Shown: positions 22,391-31,650, counted from the first letter of the stretch. The stretch: DNA of 64,000 nucleotides from an uncultured Erysipelotrichaceae bacterium (GCA_902785645.1 CACZZG010000002.1:88226-152225), one strand, 5' to 3'. The notes: generated by a model from the letters alone, not told the origin. Numbers and translations are program-made.

Positions 22391-24004
22391 TTATTTAGAT
22401 TTATGCTTCTTTCTCACAATTAAGAATACTGCTAAAGCAATACCGACAATTAAGACAAATCCTCCGACGATTATTAAGACTATAACCCAAAGAGGTAAAT
22501 TTCCTTGATGGTGAGGATTATCAGGCGTCACCGGTTCATCTGGTGTTGGATCAACAGGTTTGGCTTTAACAATAATGTCATAACCACAAGAGACGTGAAC
22601 ATCACCTTCTGTGTATCCTAAATTAACGTGGTATTCTCCTTCTTTAGTCATATCGACTTTTGATGAATCAACAGAAGGAACAACTGTTTTTGTAGCACCG
22701 TTAGTATAATGTGCGGTACATGTACCATCATAAGAGAATTTATCCCCAATGTAGTATTCAGTTTTTTGACCGCTTGTTGATAACTCGGAGAGCTGAACAG
22801 CCTTATTAACTGTGACTGAGCACTCTTTGTAATATTCGACCTCATCGATAGTGGCGGAAGCTCTTATTATTGCATTTCCAACGGATTTTGCAGTGATTTT
22901 GCCATTATTTACTTCCGCAACGGCAGCATTTGAGGTAGTCCATGTGATAGGACTTGAATCAGATGCAGTAGCGGTAATTGTTTCAGATTGGTTTTCCAAT
23001 AATGTAAGAGCAGTCTTTGATATTCTGACACCGACGGTGGAATAATCTGAACCGAAAATACCATTTGCCCATTCTGGAAAATCCACAAACGGATTTCTAT
23101 TGCCTTGTAATTTTTCTACTGCGTTATTTCTAATAGTTTCTTTTTCGGAAACAGGGTCTTGGACATGCCACTTTGCTAAGAGTTTTTTTCCATAGTCTGT
23201 GACATATGGGTTACTGTTAGTAAAAGTGGAAGTGAAGATTGAGGCACCTTGTGTTTTTGTTGCGGCGCAACTACCTCCTCCATATCTAACCGCAAAGTAC
23301 ATATAGATACGAGCAAAGTCGCCTTTATATTGATCATCAGGTTCAAACACTAAAGTTTGTGAGGTTGTTGTTCCATCAATTGCTTTTGGAGAACCTAATT
23401 TTGAGACACCCGCTGCTTGATATTGAACAGAGTTATATGATCTTGCTGGGAATGGATATGAATAGCCACCAGAAACAGAAGTGGATTGAACTTCACCAAA
23501 GGTGTAGTTACTACGCACACCATTAACTTTTCCATCTGTTGGAACCAAATGTATTAAATCTGAATAAGCTGGTTTAGCTTCTCCAAACCAAGATTTAGGA
23601 ATAGAGTGTTCTCTGTTGTAGCAATCCCCCTCCTTGGAATAACTTTTACCACTAGATTGATATGCATATTGGAAACCACCATACAGATCCCAAATATAAG
23701 CACCACTAGAACCGGGGACTGAATCCGACTCCTTATATGCTGACCATAAACCGTTATAAGAAACGGTATTGTCTTTTCCGTCTGCAACTTGAGTAATTTT
23801 TTGCTTTAAAGCGGTGACTAAAGTAGTGCCGCCTGCATTTAATGCTGCTTGGTTATTGCTAATCCATGTATTCCAATATGTTTCAGGGCTTGGTGTGGCC
23901 GCATTAACCTTACTCATTTCGTTAGTTGCAAAGGCTGCGCCTAAAGAAAGCGATAGTGCTAATGAAGAAAGGAACACACAAAGAAAGGACCTCTTTATAC
24001 TCAT
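22391..24004 (-). CDS. Surface-anchored Endonuclease I-family nuclease paralog (537 aa)
   Basis: Signal peptide present. Motifs YNREHSIPKSWF and GNRNPFVDFPEWA. A Big_2-like module (TWTTSNAAVAEVNNGKITAKSVGNA) and the same Ig-like module as its neighbour (EYYIGDKF...YDIIVKA). C-terminal TM plus RKKHKSK. Confidence 0.85.
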   Translation of the reverse strand: MSIKRSFLCVFLSSLALSLSLGAAFATNEMSKVNAATPSPETYWNTWISNNQAALNAGGTTLVTALKQKITQVADGKDNTVSYNGLWSAYKESDSVPGSSGAYIWDLYGGFQYAYQSSGKSYSKEGDCYNREHSIPKSWFGEAKPAYSDLIHLVPTDGKVNGVRSNYTFGEVQSTSVSGGYSYPFPARSYNSVQYQAAGVSKLGSPKAIDGTTTSQTLVFEPDDQYKGDFARIYMYFAVRYGGGSCAATKTQGASIFTSTFTNSNPYVTDYGKKLLAKWHVQDPVSEKETIRNNAVEKLQGNRNPFVDFPEWANGIFGSDYSTVGVRISKTALTLLENQSETITATASDSSPITWTTSNAAVAEVNNGKITAKSVGNAIIRASATIDEVEYYKECSVTVNKAVQLSELSTSGQKTEYYIGDKFSYDGTCTAHYTNGATKTVVPSVDSSKVDMTKEGEYHVNLGYTEGDVHVSCGYDIIVKAKPVDPTPDEPVTPDNPHHQGNLPLWVIVLIIVGGFVLIVGIALAVFLIVRKKHKSK

Positions 24005-24057
24005 AAAAATCTCCTTGATATCGCTCTTATTTTAACATTTATATTGTATGCGATAAA

Positions 24058-24084
24058 TAAAAAGAAAAGGTGACATAGTCACCT
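24058..24084 (-). terminator. Terminator after pmbA
   Basis: AGGTGAC-ATA-GTCACCT hairpin with a minus-strand T-run. Confidence 0.65.
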
Positions 24085-24090
24085 AATAGA

Positions 24091-25413
24091 TTATTTTCCA
24101 GAAACAACAATCTTTTTAATTAATAATGATGAACAGGCAATTCCACTTGGGAAGACTCTTTGATCTGCGCCAACTTCTTGGACATCATTGAATAAATCTA
24201 AGAGGTTTCCAGAAACTGTAATGACATCAAGGCCTCTATCTTGTTTGCCATCTTTAATTAAGAAACCTGTTGATTGTAATGAGAAGTTTCCTGATTGTGG
24301 ATTTAATCCAGCATGTAAGCCTTGGACATCAGTGATGTAAACACCATTACCAACTTGTTGGAATAATTCTTCTTGGCTCTTTTTACCTGGTTTTAATTCT
24401 AAGAAAAATGTGGAGATACCCATCTTGCTTCCACCTCTACTTGCATTACCGGTTGTTGTTACACCATCTTTAGCAGCGGTGGTGAGGTTATATAAGTATG
24501 TTTGTAAAACGCCTTGTTTAATAATTGCTTTGTTATATGTAGCAACACCTTCATCGTCAAACCATCTGGAGAAAATGTTTCTCTTAAGAGGTTTGTCTTC
24601 TAACGTGATTTTTCTAGAAGCAACTTTTTGTCCTAATTTACCAATAAATAAGGATGATTGTTTTTGCACATCTTCTGCATCAGCGTATCCGACAAAGAAA
24701 GATAATAATGATTTAACAACATTTGGTGATAATACTGCTTGATAGGTTTTAGAATCACATGCTTCACCACCTAATTGATCAACAGTATTTTGAACGACTT
24801 CTTTAGCTAATTTTTGAACATCAAATTTAGCAAAATCATTCTCTAAAAATAGTTCGTAACCTGATTTTGTTTGACTTCCTTCTCTAGCCACAGCTTGACC
24901 AACATAGACAAAATAATTGGACTTTTGCGCTAATTTTAGGCCTTTTGAGTTCATAATTGTGACACTTTCTTGTGATTCACTATATTCAACTCCACCAACT
25001 TCAATGACTCTTGGATCACCGTTTTTAATTGCGGTTTCAAGTTCATAAAGTTTTTTCATTTTTTCATCAATGGAGATCTTGGATAAGTTAGGATTGAAGG
25101 TATTAATCTTCTTGTATTTTGGTGATCCTTCGAAAATGAATGCTGGGTCTTCGTTTTCAATAACATTGGCATTATTAACAATTTCTTGAACCAAGTATTT
25201 GGCGTGTTCGTTGCTCCATGAGTCACATGTAGCGGTGCCAAACTTACCATTTACAATACCTCTAGCAAGGATTGTCATGGATTTATTCGAAGAATAGTTA
25301 TCGACTTCACTATGGAATAAAGAAAAACTTAATGAATAACTTTCTCCAATATATAATTCTGCTTCTTCAATACCCGCTTCTTTAGCGAGGGCAAAAAACT
25401 TATCGTATTTCAT
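24091..25413 (-). CDS. pmbA: TldE/PmbA metalloprotease partner subunit
   Basis: 440 aa, TldD/PmbA-family architecture without an HExxxH motif. Translationally coupled to tldD: ATG and TAA overlap at 25413. Confidence 0.85.
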   Translation of the reverse strand: MKYDKFFALAKEAGIEEAELYIGESYSLSFSLFHSEVDNYSSNKSMTILARGIVNGKFGTATCDSWSNEHAKYLVQEIVNNANVIENEDPAFIFEGSPKYKKINTFNPNLSKISIDEKMKKLYELETAIKNGDPRVIEVGGVEYSESQESVTIMNSKGLKLAQKSNYFVYVGQAVAREGSQTKSGYELFLENDFAKFDVQKLAKEVVQNTVDQLGGEACDSKTYQAVLSPNVVKSLLSFFVGYADAEDVQKQSSLFIGKLGQKVASRKITLEDKPLKRNIFSRWFDDEGVATYNKAIIKQGVLQTYLYNLTTAAKDGVTTTGNASRGGSKMGISTFFLELKPGKKSQEELFQQVGNGVYITDVQGLHAGLNPQSGNFSLQSTGFLIKDGKQDRGLDVITVSGNLLDLFNDVQEVGADQRVFPSGIACSSLLIKKIVVSGK

Positions 25414-26813
25414 TATTTAAGTTCTCCTCCGCGACCACCAACGGTGATTTCGCTAATTCTAAGTGTTGGTTGACCAACATTTGTTCTAATAGAACCTGAT
25501 GATGCACCACACATACCTTGACCTAAAGCTAAGTCATTACCAACCATGTCGATGTGTTTCAAGATTTCATCGCCATGACCAATTAGTGTTGCGCCTTTAA
25601 CTGGTTCACAAATCTTACCATCACGAATAATATATGCTTCGCTGCAACCGAAGTTGAATTCGCCAGTAGTGGGGTCAACAGAACCGCCATTAAAGCCGAC
25701 TGCATATAAGCCTAATTTTGTTGCAGCAATAATTTCTTCCGGTGTGCTCTTGCCATTACATATATATGTATTGGACATACGTGATGTTGGATTATATTTA
25801 TAGTTTTGTCTACGACAAGCACCGTTACCTTCACGATTCATACGTCTACCGTTAAAGTCATCAATCATGTAGTTAACTAACTTACCATCTTTGATTAATA
25901 AACGCTTTGTACCTGGGTTTCCTTCATCATCGATATCGATTGAACCCCAAGCTTGTGGAATAGTACTATCATCGACTGCAGACACGAGTGGTGAAGCAAT
26001 CATTTCTCCATCTTTTCCTGTAAAACAAGAAAGGCCTCTAGATATAGCGCTCGCTTCTAATGGGTGACCACATGCTTCATGGAATAAAACGCCACCCCAA
26101 CCGTTGCCGATAACAACTGGCATTTTGCCACTTGGACATTCTTTAGCGGTTAACATTAACAAAGCTTTTTCAGCAGCCTTTCTCGCCACTTCTCTGGCGT
26201 GAACTTTAGTTTCAAAATAGGAAATATCTTGTTGGGCACCTGGACCTTCGAATGCTGTTTCAAAACCATTTTGATCAGCGGCGACAATCATATAGGCCAA
26301 TCTACCGAATTCTGTATCACGTTTAAACCATTTTCCTTTGGAATTAAACACAGCGACAAAGCGGTGGTTGTCAGCAAAACTGCCAATATATCTAACAATA
26401 CGAGGATCTTTCATTGATTCGATTTCATCTATGCCTTCTCTCACTAATGCGATTTTCTTTTCACGAGAAATACCATCATAACTATTTGTCACTGGATTAC
26501 GATTTTTTACTCTAATCATATCGAGTTTGGTAACAGTGATTTTTCTTTCATCATGGAAAGAAGAACGTAAAGATTCCGCAAGGGAGATAAGACCCTTTCT
26601 TGTTAGTTCGTTTGTGTAACCATAAACACATTGATTTTCTTTTAATAAACGCAAACCAACACCATTCATTAAATTGGATGATGAAGTTTCAACTTTGCCG
26701 TTTTCAATACTAAGTGAATAACTATGTGAATCTTCATAGAAGATTTCAGCATAATCAGCACCTGTTGCTAATGCGGCATTTAGAACATCAATAGCTAATT
26801 TCTTACTAACCAT
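25413..26813 (-). CDS. tldD: TldD metalloprotease
   Basis: HEACGHPLE (HExxxH) motif, C-terminal GxC..G pattern, 466 aa. Confidence 0.9.
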   Translation of the reverse strand: MVSKKLAIDVLNAALATGADYAEIFYEDSHSYSLSIENGKVETSSSNLMNGVGLRLLKENQCVYGYTNELTRKGLISLAESLRSSFHDERKITVTKLDMIRVKNRNPVTNSYDGISREKKIALVREGIDEIESMKDPRIVRYIGSFADNHRFVAVFNSKGKWFKRDTEFGRLAYMIVAADQNGFETAFEGPGAQQDISYFETKVHAREVARKAAEKALLMLTAKECPSGKMPVVIGNGWGGVLFHEACGHPLEASAISRGLSCFTGKDGEMIASPLVSAVDDSTIPQAWGSIDIDDEGNPGTKRLLIKDGKLVNYMIDDFNGRRMNREGNGACRRQNYKYNPTSRMSNTYICNGKSTPEEIIAATKLGLYAVGFNGGSVDPTTGEFNFGCSEAYIIRDGKICEPVKGATLIGHGDEILKHIDMVGNDLALGQGMCGASSGSIRTNVGQPTLRISEITVGGRGGELK

Positions 26814-26863
26814 ATTTGTCCTCCTTTATACAAAAATAGTGTCTTGATTATAACATAATCGTT

Positions 26864-26880
26864 TTTTATTGCGACTAAAA
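26864..26880. promoter_or_regulatory. Candidate operator: quasi-palindrome TTTTATTGCGACTAAAA in the tldD/guaD divergent region
   Basis: Shares the 10-mer TTTTATTGCG and the TTTTA..GCG..TAAAA symmetry with the 30248-30265 site in the purine-operon control region. Confidence 0.3.
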
Positions 26881-26938
26881 CGCACAAAATAGAACAAACA
26901 ATTTAACTTTTTGCTATTATGTTTATGAGGTGTTTTTT

Positions 26939-27394
26939 ATGAACAAATATATGAGAATGGCAATTAATGAAGCCAGAAAAGGTATTAGAGCCGGACATGG
27001 TGGTCCTTTTGGTGCGGTCATCGTTAAAGATGGTGAAGTCATTGGAAAAGGACACAATCAAGTTTTAAAGAATAACGATCCCACATGCCATGGTGAAATG
27101 ATGGCAATCCACAAAGCTTGTAAGAAACTTGGAACATATGATTTAAGTGGCTGTGAATTGTATACAACCGGCGAACCATGCCCAATGTGTATGTCTGCAA
27201 TCTTATGGGCAAATATTAAAAAAGTATATTACGGATGTAATATAATTGACACTGAAGAAATTGGATTTAGAGATGCAAAATTCTATCAAATGCAACAACC
27301 TGGAGAAAGAGAAAAACTCGTTATTGAACTCGATAGAAAAGCTTGCTTAAAACTCTATTCAGAATATACGAGTTTGAAACACACAATTTACTAA
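26939..27394 (+). CDS. guaD: Guanine deaminase (CDA-fold, GuaD-like)
   Basis: GHGGPFGAVIVKDGEVIGKGHN, CHGEMMAI and EPCPMCMSAILWA closely follow the Bacillus GuaD pattern. The start was moved to the ATG at 26939, which has GAGGTG 8 nt upstream. Confidence 0.8.
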   Translation: MNKYMRMAINEARKGIRAGHGGPFGAVIVKDGEVIGKGHNQVLKNNDPTCHGEMMAIHKACKKLGTYDLSGCELYTTGEPCPMCMSAILWANIKKVYYGCNIIDTEEIGFRDAKFYQMQQPGEREKLVIELDRKACLKLYSEYTSLKHTIY

Positions 27395-27397
27395 AAC

Positions 27398-27426
27398 AAG
27401 GACTGGAGATATCCAGTCTTTTTTAT
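27398..27426 (+). terminator. Terminator after guaD
   Basis: GACTGGA-GATA-TCCAGTC hairpin followed by TTTTTT. Confidence 0.7.
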
Positions 27427-27438
27427 TAATATAAACAT

Positions 27439-27921
27439 ATGGCTTTTGTAAAAGATAAAACACCATATAAAGGAGACCTCCTAAGAGTTAAACGAAAACA
27501 GGGATATTTTCATTTTGGCATCGCTGTTAGTGAAGATCGCGTTATTCACTTTACCGCTCCGAACAGTGATTTATCAGAAGACAGCAAACAACTAAAGATC
27601 ATCGAAACACCATTATCACAATTTGTTCGTGGTGATGTTTTGGAAATTCAAGAACCATATAATGCTGTATTTACTCGTGATGAAGTAGTAAAAAGAGCGA
27701 AAAATTATGCAAATTCGAGTTGTTTTCGTGGCAAACCCTATAATTTCATATCCAATAACTGTGAGCATTTCGCGAGATATTGTTATGATGGTAAAGCCAC
27801 AAGTAAACAAGTCAATGATGTAGCCACAGCGGTAGTGGCTGCAGGAGCAACAATTGTTACCGGCACTGTTGCGGCAGTAGTTGCAAGCCACAACAAGAAA
27901 GTCGCAAAGAAAAAGGATTAA
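27439..27921 (+). CDS. LRAT/NlpC-P60 superfamily protein with a C-terminal membrane anchor
   Basis: GYFHFGIAV...VIHF (His pair) and the NCEHFARYC signature (catalytic Cys) of the LRAT/H-RAS-like suppressor family. C-terminal helix VATAVVAAGATIVTGTVAAVVA followed by KKVAKKKD. Confidence 0.75.
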   Translation: MAFVKDKTPYKGDLLRVKRKQGYFHFGIAVSEDRVIHFTAPNSDLSEDSKQLKIIETPLSQFVRGDVLEIQEPYNAVFTRDEVVKRAKNYANSSCFRGKPYNFISNNCEHFARYCYDGKATSKQVNDVATAVVAAGATIVTGTVAAVVASHNKKVAKKKD

Positions 27922-27959
27922 GACACCATCTATCTAACATAATGGTATGATGTTTATAA

Positions 27960-29180
27960 ATGGATAAAATGATTATTAAAGCACCACATATACTTTTACC
28001 TAAAAAAGGAATCGACATGAATGCGTACGCTGTTATTGCGTGTGATCAATTTACTAGTCAACCTGAATACTGGGACGAATTAAAAAGAGAAACTGAAAAT
28101 AAGGTTTCTACTTTCCATATGATTTACCCAGAAGCTTATTTAGAAAACACAAATCAAGAAGAATATATTGAAAACATCAATAAAAACATTAATTCTTATC
28201 TTTTAGATAAGAGTTTAGTGGATATCGGTGAGTGTTTCATTCTTGTCGAAAGAACAACACCTTATGGAAATAGAAGATTGGGCTTAGTAATTTCTATTGA
28301 TCTTGAAGAATATTCTTACAAACATGGAGTACCTTGTTCCATTAAAGCTAGTGAAGCCACGATTGAAGAAAGAATTCCTCCACGTTTAAAGATTAGAAAA
28401 GACGCACAAATAGAATTACCTCACACCTTGCTTTTGTTTGACGATAAAGAAAAAACAATTGTTGAACCACTATATAGAAACAAGGATAAATTACCATGTC
28501 TTTATGATTTTGAACTCAATCAAAATGGTGGTCACATCAAAGGATATTTAATTAAAGATACAAATGAAGTCATTAAAAAATTTAATGAACTATATAAAAA
28601 GAACAATAATGGATTGATGTTTGTAGTGGGTGATGGCAATCATTCATTAGCCACTGCTAAAGCACATTGGGAAAACCTAAAAAAGAATCTCTCAGAAGAA
28701 GAAAGAAATAGCCACCCAGCGAGATATGCGCTCGTGGAAGCGAATAATATTTATGATGAAGGAATTAAGTTTGAACCTATCCATAGAATCTTATTTAACT
28801 GCTCAAACGACTTTGTTGAAGGTCTTGAAAAAGTGATGGAGGGAGAAGAAAACAATTGTTTCTTATACAGTCAAAAAATCGGCAAAAAACCACTAAAATC
28901 ACCAAAAAACGCCGCAAAAACCTATCAAATCGTCCAAAACTACATTGATGAATACATTGGAAAACACCACGAAACAAAAGTCGATTTTATCCATGATGAA
29001 CAAAGCTTAATCGATGTTGCTAACAAGAATCCTGATAGTGTCGCTATCATTATGCCGGCTCTTGGAAAAGGTGATATCTTCGAATTTGTCGCAAAGGACA
29101 TGGTCCTCCCCAGAAAGAGTTTCTCAATGGGACACGCAAACGAAAAGCGATATTATTTAGAAGCAAAAAGAATCAAATAA
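27960..29180 (+). CDS. DUF1015-like conserved protein of unknown function
   Basis: 406 aa. The N-terminal pattern (IIKAPHILLP...AVIACDQFTS) and overall size recall DUF1015. Assignment is from memory and is unverified. The true start may be the ATG at 27969. Confidence 0.45.
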   Translation: MDKMIIKAPHILLPKKGIDMNAYAVIACDQFTSQPEYWDELKRETENKVSTFHMIYPEAYLENTNQEEYIENINKNINSYLLDKSLVDIGECFILVERTTPYGNRRLGLVISIDLEEYSYKHGVPCSIKASEATIEERIPPRLKIRKDAQIELPHTLLLFDDKEKTIVEPLYRNKDKLPCLYDFELNQNGGHIKGYLIKDTNEVIKKFNELYKKNNNGLMFVVGDGNHSLATAKAHWENLKKNLSEEERNSHPARYALVEANNIYDEGIKFEPIHRILFNCSNDFVEGLEKVMEGEENNCFLYSQKIGKKPLKSPKNAAKTYQIVQNYIDEYIGKHHETKVDFIHDEQSLIDVANKNPDSVAIIMPALGKGDIFEFVAKDMVLPRKSFSMGHANEKRYYLEAKRIK

Positions 29181-29206
29181 AAACTGGAGTCGATTCCTCC
29201 AGTTTT
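29181..29206. terminator. Bidirectional terminator between the DUF1015-like gene and arcC
   Basis: AAACTGGAG (29181-29189) pairs with CTCCAGTTT (29197-29205). Confidence 0.65.
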
Positions 29207-29217
29207 ACTTTATTCAA

Positions 29218-30138
29218 TTATTTAATAATTGTTCCAGCTTTTTCTTGGAAAGCTTCCTTTGCCATTAATAAGGAAGATATGATTGCGGTTTTTCCTGGCT
29301 TCTCGCTTAAGAATTTTATACAAGCATTCACTTTTGGATACATACTTCCTTTAGCGAAGTAATCACCTTTCATATATTCTTTCATTTCATCGACCGAAAC
29401 TCTTTCAAGTTTTCTTTCTGTTGGTTTTTTGAAATCTATATAAACATTATCAACAGCAGTTAAGATTACTAGATAATCAGCATCGACCAATTCTGCTACT
29501 TTTGCGGAAGCATAATCTTTATCGATAACAGCGGCGATACCTTCTAGTGTTCCATCTTCATGACGAATCACTGGAATGCCTCCTCCACCTGCGCAAATAA
29601 CAACGTGTCCCTTGCCAACTAACTCAGAAATTGAATTCTTTTCGATGATATCAATTGGAAGTGGTGAAGCAACCACTCTTCTATATCCTCTCCCGGCATC
29701 TTCTTTCATGGTGTAACCCATGGTTTTTGCAATTTGTTCAGCCTCTTCTTTGCTATAGAAAGCACCAACCGGTTTACTTGGTGATTTGAATAGTGGATCA
29801 TTCTTATCTACAAGGACTTGTGTTACTAAAGTAACGATATCTCTTTTAATGCCTTGATTTTTTAGCTCATTATCAATGGCGTTTTGGATATGAAAACCAA
29901 TATAACCTTGGCTCATCGCACCACATTCTGGGAATGGCATATCTGGAACGCTTTTGGCATCAGTAAATGCTAAATTTATCATTCCAACTTGTGGTCCATT
30001 ACCATGAACGATAATTACTTCATTACCACTTTTAATTAATTCAACAATTGGTTTGGCAACACCCTTTAATAACTCTTTTTGTTCTTCAGCATTATTACCG
30101 AGGGCGTTACCACCTAAAGAAACAACATATCTAATCAT
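29218..30138 (-). CDS. arcC: Carbamate kinase
   Basis: N-terminus VVSLGGNALG, motifs HGNGPQVG and GGGGIPV, 306 aa. AAGGAGG RBS. Confidence 0.92.
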   Translation of the reverse strand: MIRYVVSLGGNALGNNAEEQKELLKGVAKPIVELIKSGNEVIIVHGNGPQVGMINLAFTDAKSVPDMPFPECGAMSQGYIGFHIQNAIDNELKNQGIKRDIVTLVTQVLVDKNDPLFKSPSKPVGAFYSKEEAEQIAKTMGYTMKEDAGRGYRRVVASPLPIDIIEKNSISELVGKGHVVICAGGGGIPVIRHEDGTLEGIAAVIDKDYASAKVAELVDADYLVILTAVDNVYIDFKKPTERKLERVSVDEMKEYMKGDYFAKGSMYPKVNACIKFLSEKPGKTAIISSLLMAKEAFQEKAGTIIK

Positions 30139-30247
30139 ATTCTTGCCTCCTTTAATATTTAATCACACATGATAAAAACTGATAAGAAGTAAAAACACGC
30201 ATATTGTGCACGCAGTTATCAAGGTTATAACTGTGTAAGCACGCGTA

Positions 30248-30265
30248 TTTTATTGCGCGTTAAAA
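30248..30265. promoter_or_regulatory. Candidate operator: quasi-palindrome TTTTATTGCGCGTTAAAA overlapping the operon -35
   Basis: TTTTA-TT-GCGC-GT-TAAAA symmetry. The same 10-mer occurs at 26864. GC-rich CACGCA/CACGCG repeats lie nearby at 30196, 30209 and 30240. Confidence 0.3.
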
Positions 30266-30281
30266 GTATTTTTCCTAAAAT
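30253..30281 (+). promoter_or_regulatory. Predicted promoter of the 14-gene purine-catabolic operon
   Basis: -35 TTGCGC (30253-30258), 17-nt spacer, -10 TAAAAT (30276-30281). GGAG at 30296-30299 precedes the ATG at 30305. Confidence 0.5.
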
Positions 30282-30304
30282 AGAAGTAGCGTTTCGGAGA
30301 AAAA

Positions 30305-30865
30305 ATGGCAAGTGGTATCATCCTCGCTGGAGGATTGTCTTCTAGAGCACAAACAAATAAGATGTCTTTTTTGTTTGATGGAAAGCCACTTCTTCAGCAT
30401 ACGATTGATTCACTAGAACCATTCGTGGACACCATCTATTTAGTTACTGGCCATTACGATCAAGAAATCAGAAGTTTTATAAAAGAAAGTCCAAAAATCA
30501 AAATTGTTTATAACCAAGATTATCAAAAAGGAATGTTTTCCTCAGTTCTAACAGGGGCAAGAGAAGTGAATGATGATGTATTCATTCTTCCTGGCGATAT
30601 TCCGTTTATAAAAAAAGAAACCTATCAAGCTTTGTTAAATGGTTCATTGGATGTTAGATGTCCAATATATCAAGGCAAAGAAGGACACCCATTATTCATA
30701 AAAAAAGAACTCGTTAAAGAGTTAATAAAAGAACCAATCGATAGCAACCTCAAGCTATTTAGAAATAAACACAAATTAGAAAAAATCGAAGTTAATGATA
30801 AAAATATCCTTAAGGATATAGATACAGTTGAACAATATAAAGAAATCACAAAAGAAAGGATGTAG
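30305..30865 (+). CDS. MobA-like NTP transferase (MocA/YgfJ-type molybdenum-cofactor cytidylyltransferase)
   Basis: N-terminus GIILAGGLSSR...K. 186 aa. First gene of the Mo-hydroxylase operon. Confidence 0.8.
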   Translation: MASGIILAGGLSSRAQTNKMSFLFDGKPLLQHTIDSLEPFVDTIYLVTGHYDQEIRSFIKESPKIKIVYNQDYQKGMFSSVLTGAREVNDDVFILPGDIPFIKKETYQALLNGSLDVRCPIYQGKEGHPLFIKKELVKELIKEPIDSNLKLFRNKHKLEKIEVNDKNILKDIDTVEQYKEITKERM

Positions 30866-30867
30866 TT

Positions 30868-31650
30868 ATGAGTTTAAGAGCAAAAGAATATTATCGTGCT
30901 TCTTCTTTAGAAGATGCTTATAACAAATTAAAAGAAAATCCTAAAAACGTTATCGTTGGTGGTGGGCTTTGGTTAAAGAAGACCGGCCTTGAATACCACA
31001 CAATTATCGATTTATCTAACCTTGGTTTAGATCAAATCAAAGAAGATAAAGATTTCATCTATGTTGGTTCAATGGTGTCTTTAAGAGATTTTGAAAACAG
31101 CCCAATTATTAACAAATTATTTAATGGTGTTATCGCTTTTGGTGTGAGAGAAGTTATGGGACCCGCATTTAGAAATATCGCCACAATTGGTGGTTCTGTT
31201 TACGGTCGCTTCCCTTTCTCTGATGTTATCGCTGCCTTATTACCATTAGATGTAAAAGTTAAGTTATATCCTAACCAAGAAATGTCATTAAATGACTTAG
31301 TCAATTACCGCGGTAAACTCGATGGTATTATTGAACAAATCATCATCAGAAAGGAAGAAGGTAAAGCATTCTTCAAGAAAGTTAAAACAACCGCTTTAGA
31401 TTTCCCAATGATTAACTTTTCTATTGTAAATAGAAGTGGTAAGAATTATATCGCTATTGGCTCAAGACCAGGCGTTGCCGCTTTAGCATATAAAGCTATG
31501 GAAGAAGCCGACAAAGGTAATTATGAAAAGGCCGCGGAAATTGCATCTCAAGAATTGCAATTCTTAGATAGTTCAAATATTTCCAAGGAATATAGAATAG
31601 ACCTCACTAAAGTCTATGTTTTAAGAGGTTTAAAGGAGGTCAATGAATAA
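30868..31650 (+). CDS. Xanthine dehydrogenase-family FAD-binding subunit (trio 1)
   Basis: FAD_binding_5-like VIVGGGLWLKK and ATIGGSVYG. 260 aa. Confidence 0.85.
   Translation: MSLRAKEYYRASSLEDAYNKLKENPKNVIVGGGLWLKKTGLEYHTIIDLSNLGLDQIKEDKDFIYVGSMVSLRDFENSPIINKLFNGVIAFGVREVMGPAFRNIATIGGSVYGRFPFSDVIAALLPLDVKVKLYPNQEMSLNDLVNYRGKLDGIIEQIIIRKEEGKAFFKKVKTTALDFPMINFSIVNRSGKNYIAIGSRPGVAALAYKAMEEADKGNYEKAAEIASQELQFLDSSNISKEYRIDLTKVYVLRGLKEVNE

Noticed and set aside
30139-30304. Possible purine or Moco riboswitch upstream of the purine-catabolic operon
   Set aside because: The predicted leader is only about 17 nt. I found no purine-riboswitch core (UAUA..GAUAUGG..CUACC..CCGUAA) and no Moco-like motif on either strand.
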